Source: Malacoraja senta
Taxonomy: Eukaryota
NCBI GenBank assembly: GCA_038087875.1
Contig: CM075996.1
Coordinates: 10,170,001-10,234,000, forward strand
DNA: 64,000 bases
Direction of reading: 5' to 3'
Below the pieces are notes generated by a model that worked only from the letters and a program-made list of their open reading frames with translations, made no database searches and had not been told where the DNA came from. The first letter of the stretch is position 1. Each line of letters begins with the position of its first letter. Positions 62,795-64,000 of the stretch are shown in pieces. Made by a program: the position numbers and the translations under genes.

Positions 62795-63330
62795 TCCCCT
62801 AATTTGAGGAAGGATATTCTTGCTATTGAGGGAGTCCAGCGTAGGTTTACAAGGTTAATTCCCAGGATGGCAGCACTGTCATATGCTGAGAGAATGGAAC
62901 GGCTGGGCCTGTACACTCTGGAGTTTAGAAGGATGAGAGGGCATCTTATTGAGACATATAAGATTGTTAAGGGTTTGGACACGCTAGAGGCAGGAAACAT
63001 GTTCCTTATGTTGGGGGAGTCCAAAACCAGGGGCCACAGTTTAAGAATATGGGGTAAGCCATTTAGAATGGAGACGAGGGAACACTTTTTCACACAGAGA
63101 GTTGTGAGCCTGTGGAATTTTCTGCCTCAGAGGGCGGTGAAGGCCCGTTCTCTGGATACTTTCAAGAGAGAGCTAATTAGGGTTCTTAAAGATAGCGGAG
63201 TCAGGGGATAGGGGGAGAAGCGGGAACGGGGGTACCGATTGGGAATGATCAGCCTGATCACATTGAATGGCGGTGCTGGCTCGAAGGGCCGAATGGCCTA
63301 CTCCTGCACCTATTGCCTATAGTCTATTGG
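62795..63330 (+). mobile_element. CR1 3' fragment
   Basis: ORF 62804-63211 RKDILAIEGVQRRFT. Confidence 0.9.
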
Positions 63331-63489
63331 TCATTCATATTGGCACACACACTGTCTCTCTCTCCTCTCTATCTTTTTTTTTCCTTTCCAAGGTCTTTAT
63401 TCAGCAATTGCATATTACAGTGTCATTATAATATAGTCATTATAATACAAAGGTGCAATCAATATTTACAATGCTCTCGACCTACCACA

Positions 63490-63965
63490 GCGTTCACGGA
63501 AGGCCTCCAGTGTCCCTGTGGAAACTGCATGTTCCCTTTCCAGGGACACGCGAGCATAGGCCCGGAAGAGGGGCAGGCAGCTGACTAGTGTGACCATCGA
63601 CTACCCGCTGCCTGGACCCGCGAATGGCCATCTTGACCAGGCCCAGGAGCAAACCGACACGCTGGCTGAAAACAGCCAAATTCCTCACTCTTAGCACATC
63701 ACGATAGAAACTAGGCAAACCCCGTAAGGCAGGTCGACTGATGCCCATCACTGGGAGCTGTGAAACCCCCCTTAGGCAATAAACCCGGCGGAAAAATACG
63801 TGGCCAGAGCGTGCCATCTGGGGGGGTTCTCTACATACATATACCTCCGCAGAGTCCTGAGACGGAGAGCTGCCACCTGGGTATGCACGCATACCAAGGA
63901 CTGGACGCCCTCCTCTAACGGGAGACTCAGGACCGCTGCGGAAACCCAGTGCCTCCTATCCCCCC
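63490..63965 (-). mobile_element. Tx1 ORF2 fragment, internally deleted
   Basis: VLSLPLEEGVQSLV, LPSFYRDVL, VGLLLGLVKMAI. Confidence 0.75.
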
Positions 63966-64000
63966 CAAAAGAAACCCACCAGCTTCTTGTATTGTAATTG

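Overview
Eukaryotic, TE-saturated region. The repeat set (HE1-like V-SINEs sharing CR1 tails, several CR1 subfamilies, Penelope-derived short repeats) points to a cartilaginous fish, probably a skate or ray (inference). No host gene can be called with confidence; the long ORFs come from transposable elements. Main contents: (1) a full-length but coding-decayed DIRS1-type tyrosine-recombinase retrotransposon (10616-18438) with intact termini and internal complementary region, inserted in a CR1 and itself carrying a near-intact 2.7-kb hAT-Charlie/Buster transposon (13003-15719, 8-bp TSD); (2) many nested CR1 LINEs, two large Rex1/Babar LINEs, a decayed L1, and Tx1 and Penelope fragments; (3) over 20 short Penelope-derived units carrying a minimal hammerhead-ribozyme motif, several as fold-back palindromes with 9-13-bp TSDs; (4) a TIR-bounded non-autonomous DNA element and several minisatellites; (5) traces of old direct and inverted segmental duplications under the TE layers. 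Fragment boundaries are approximate unless a TSD or TIR is quoted.
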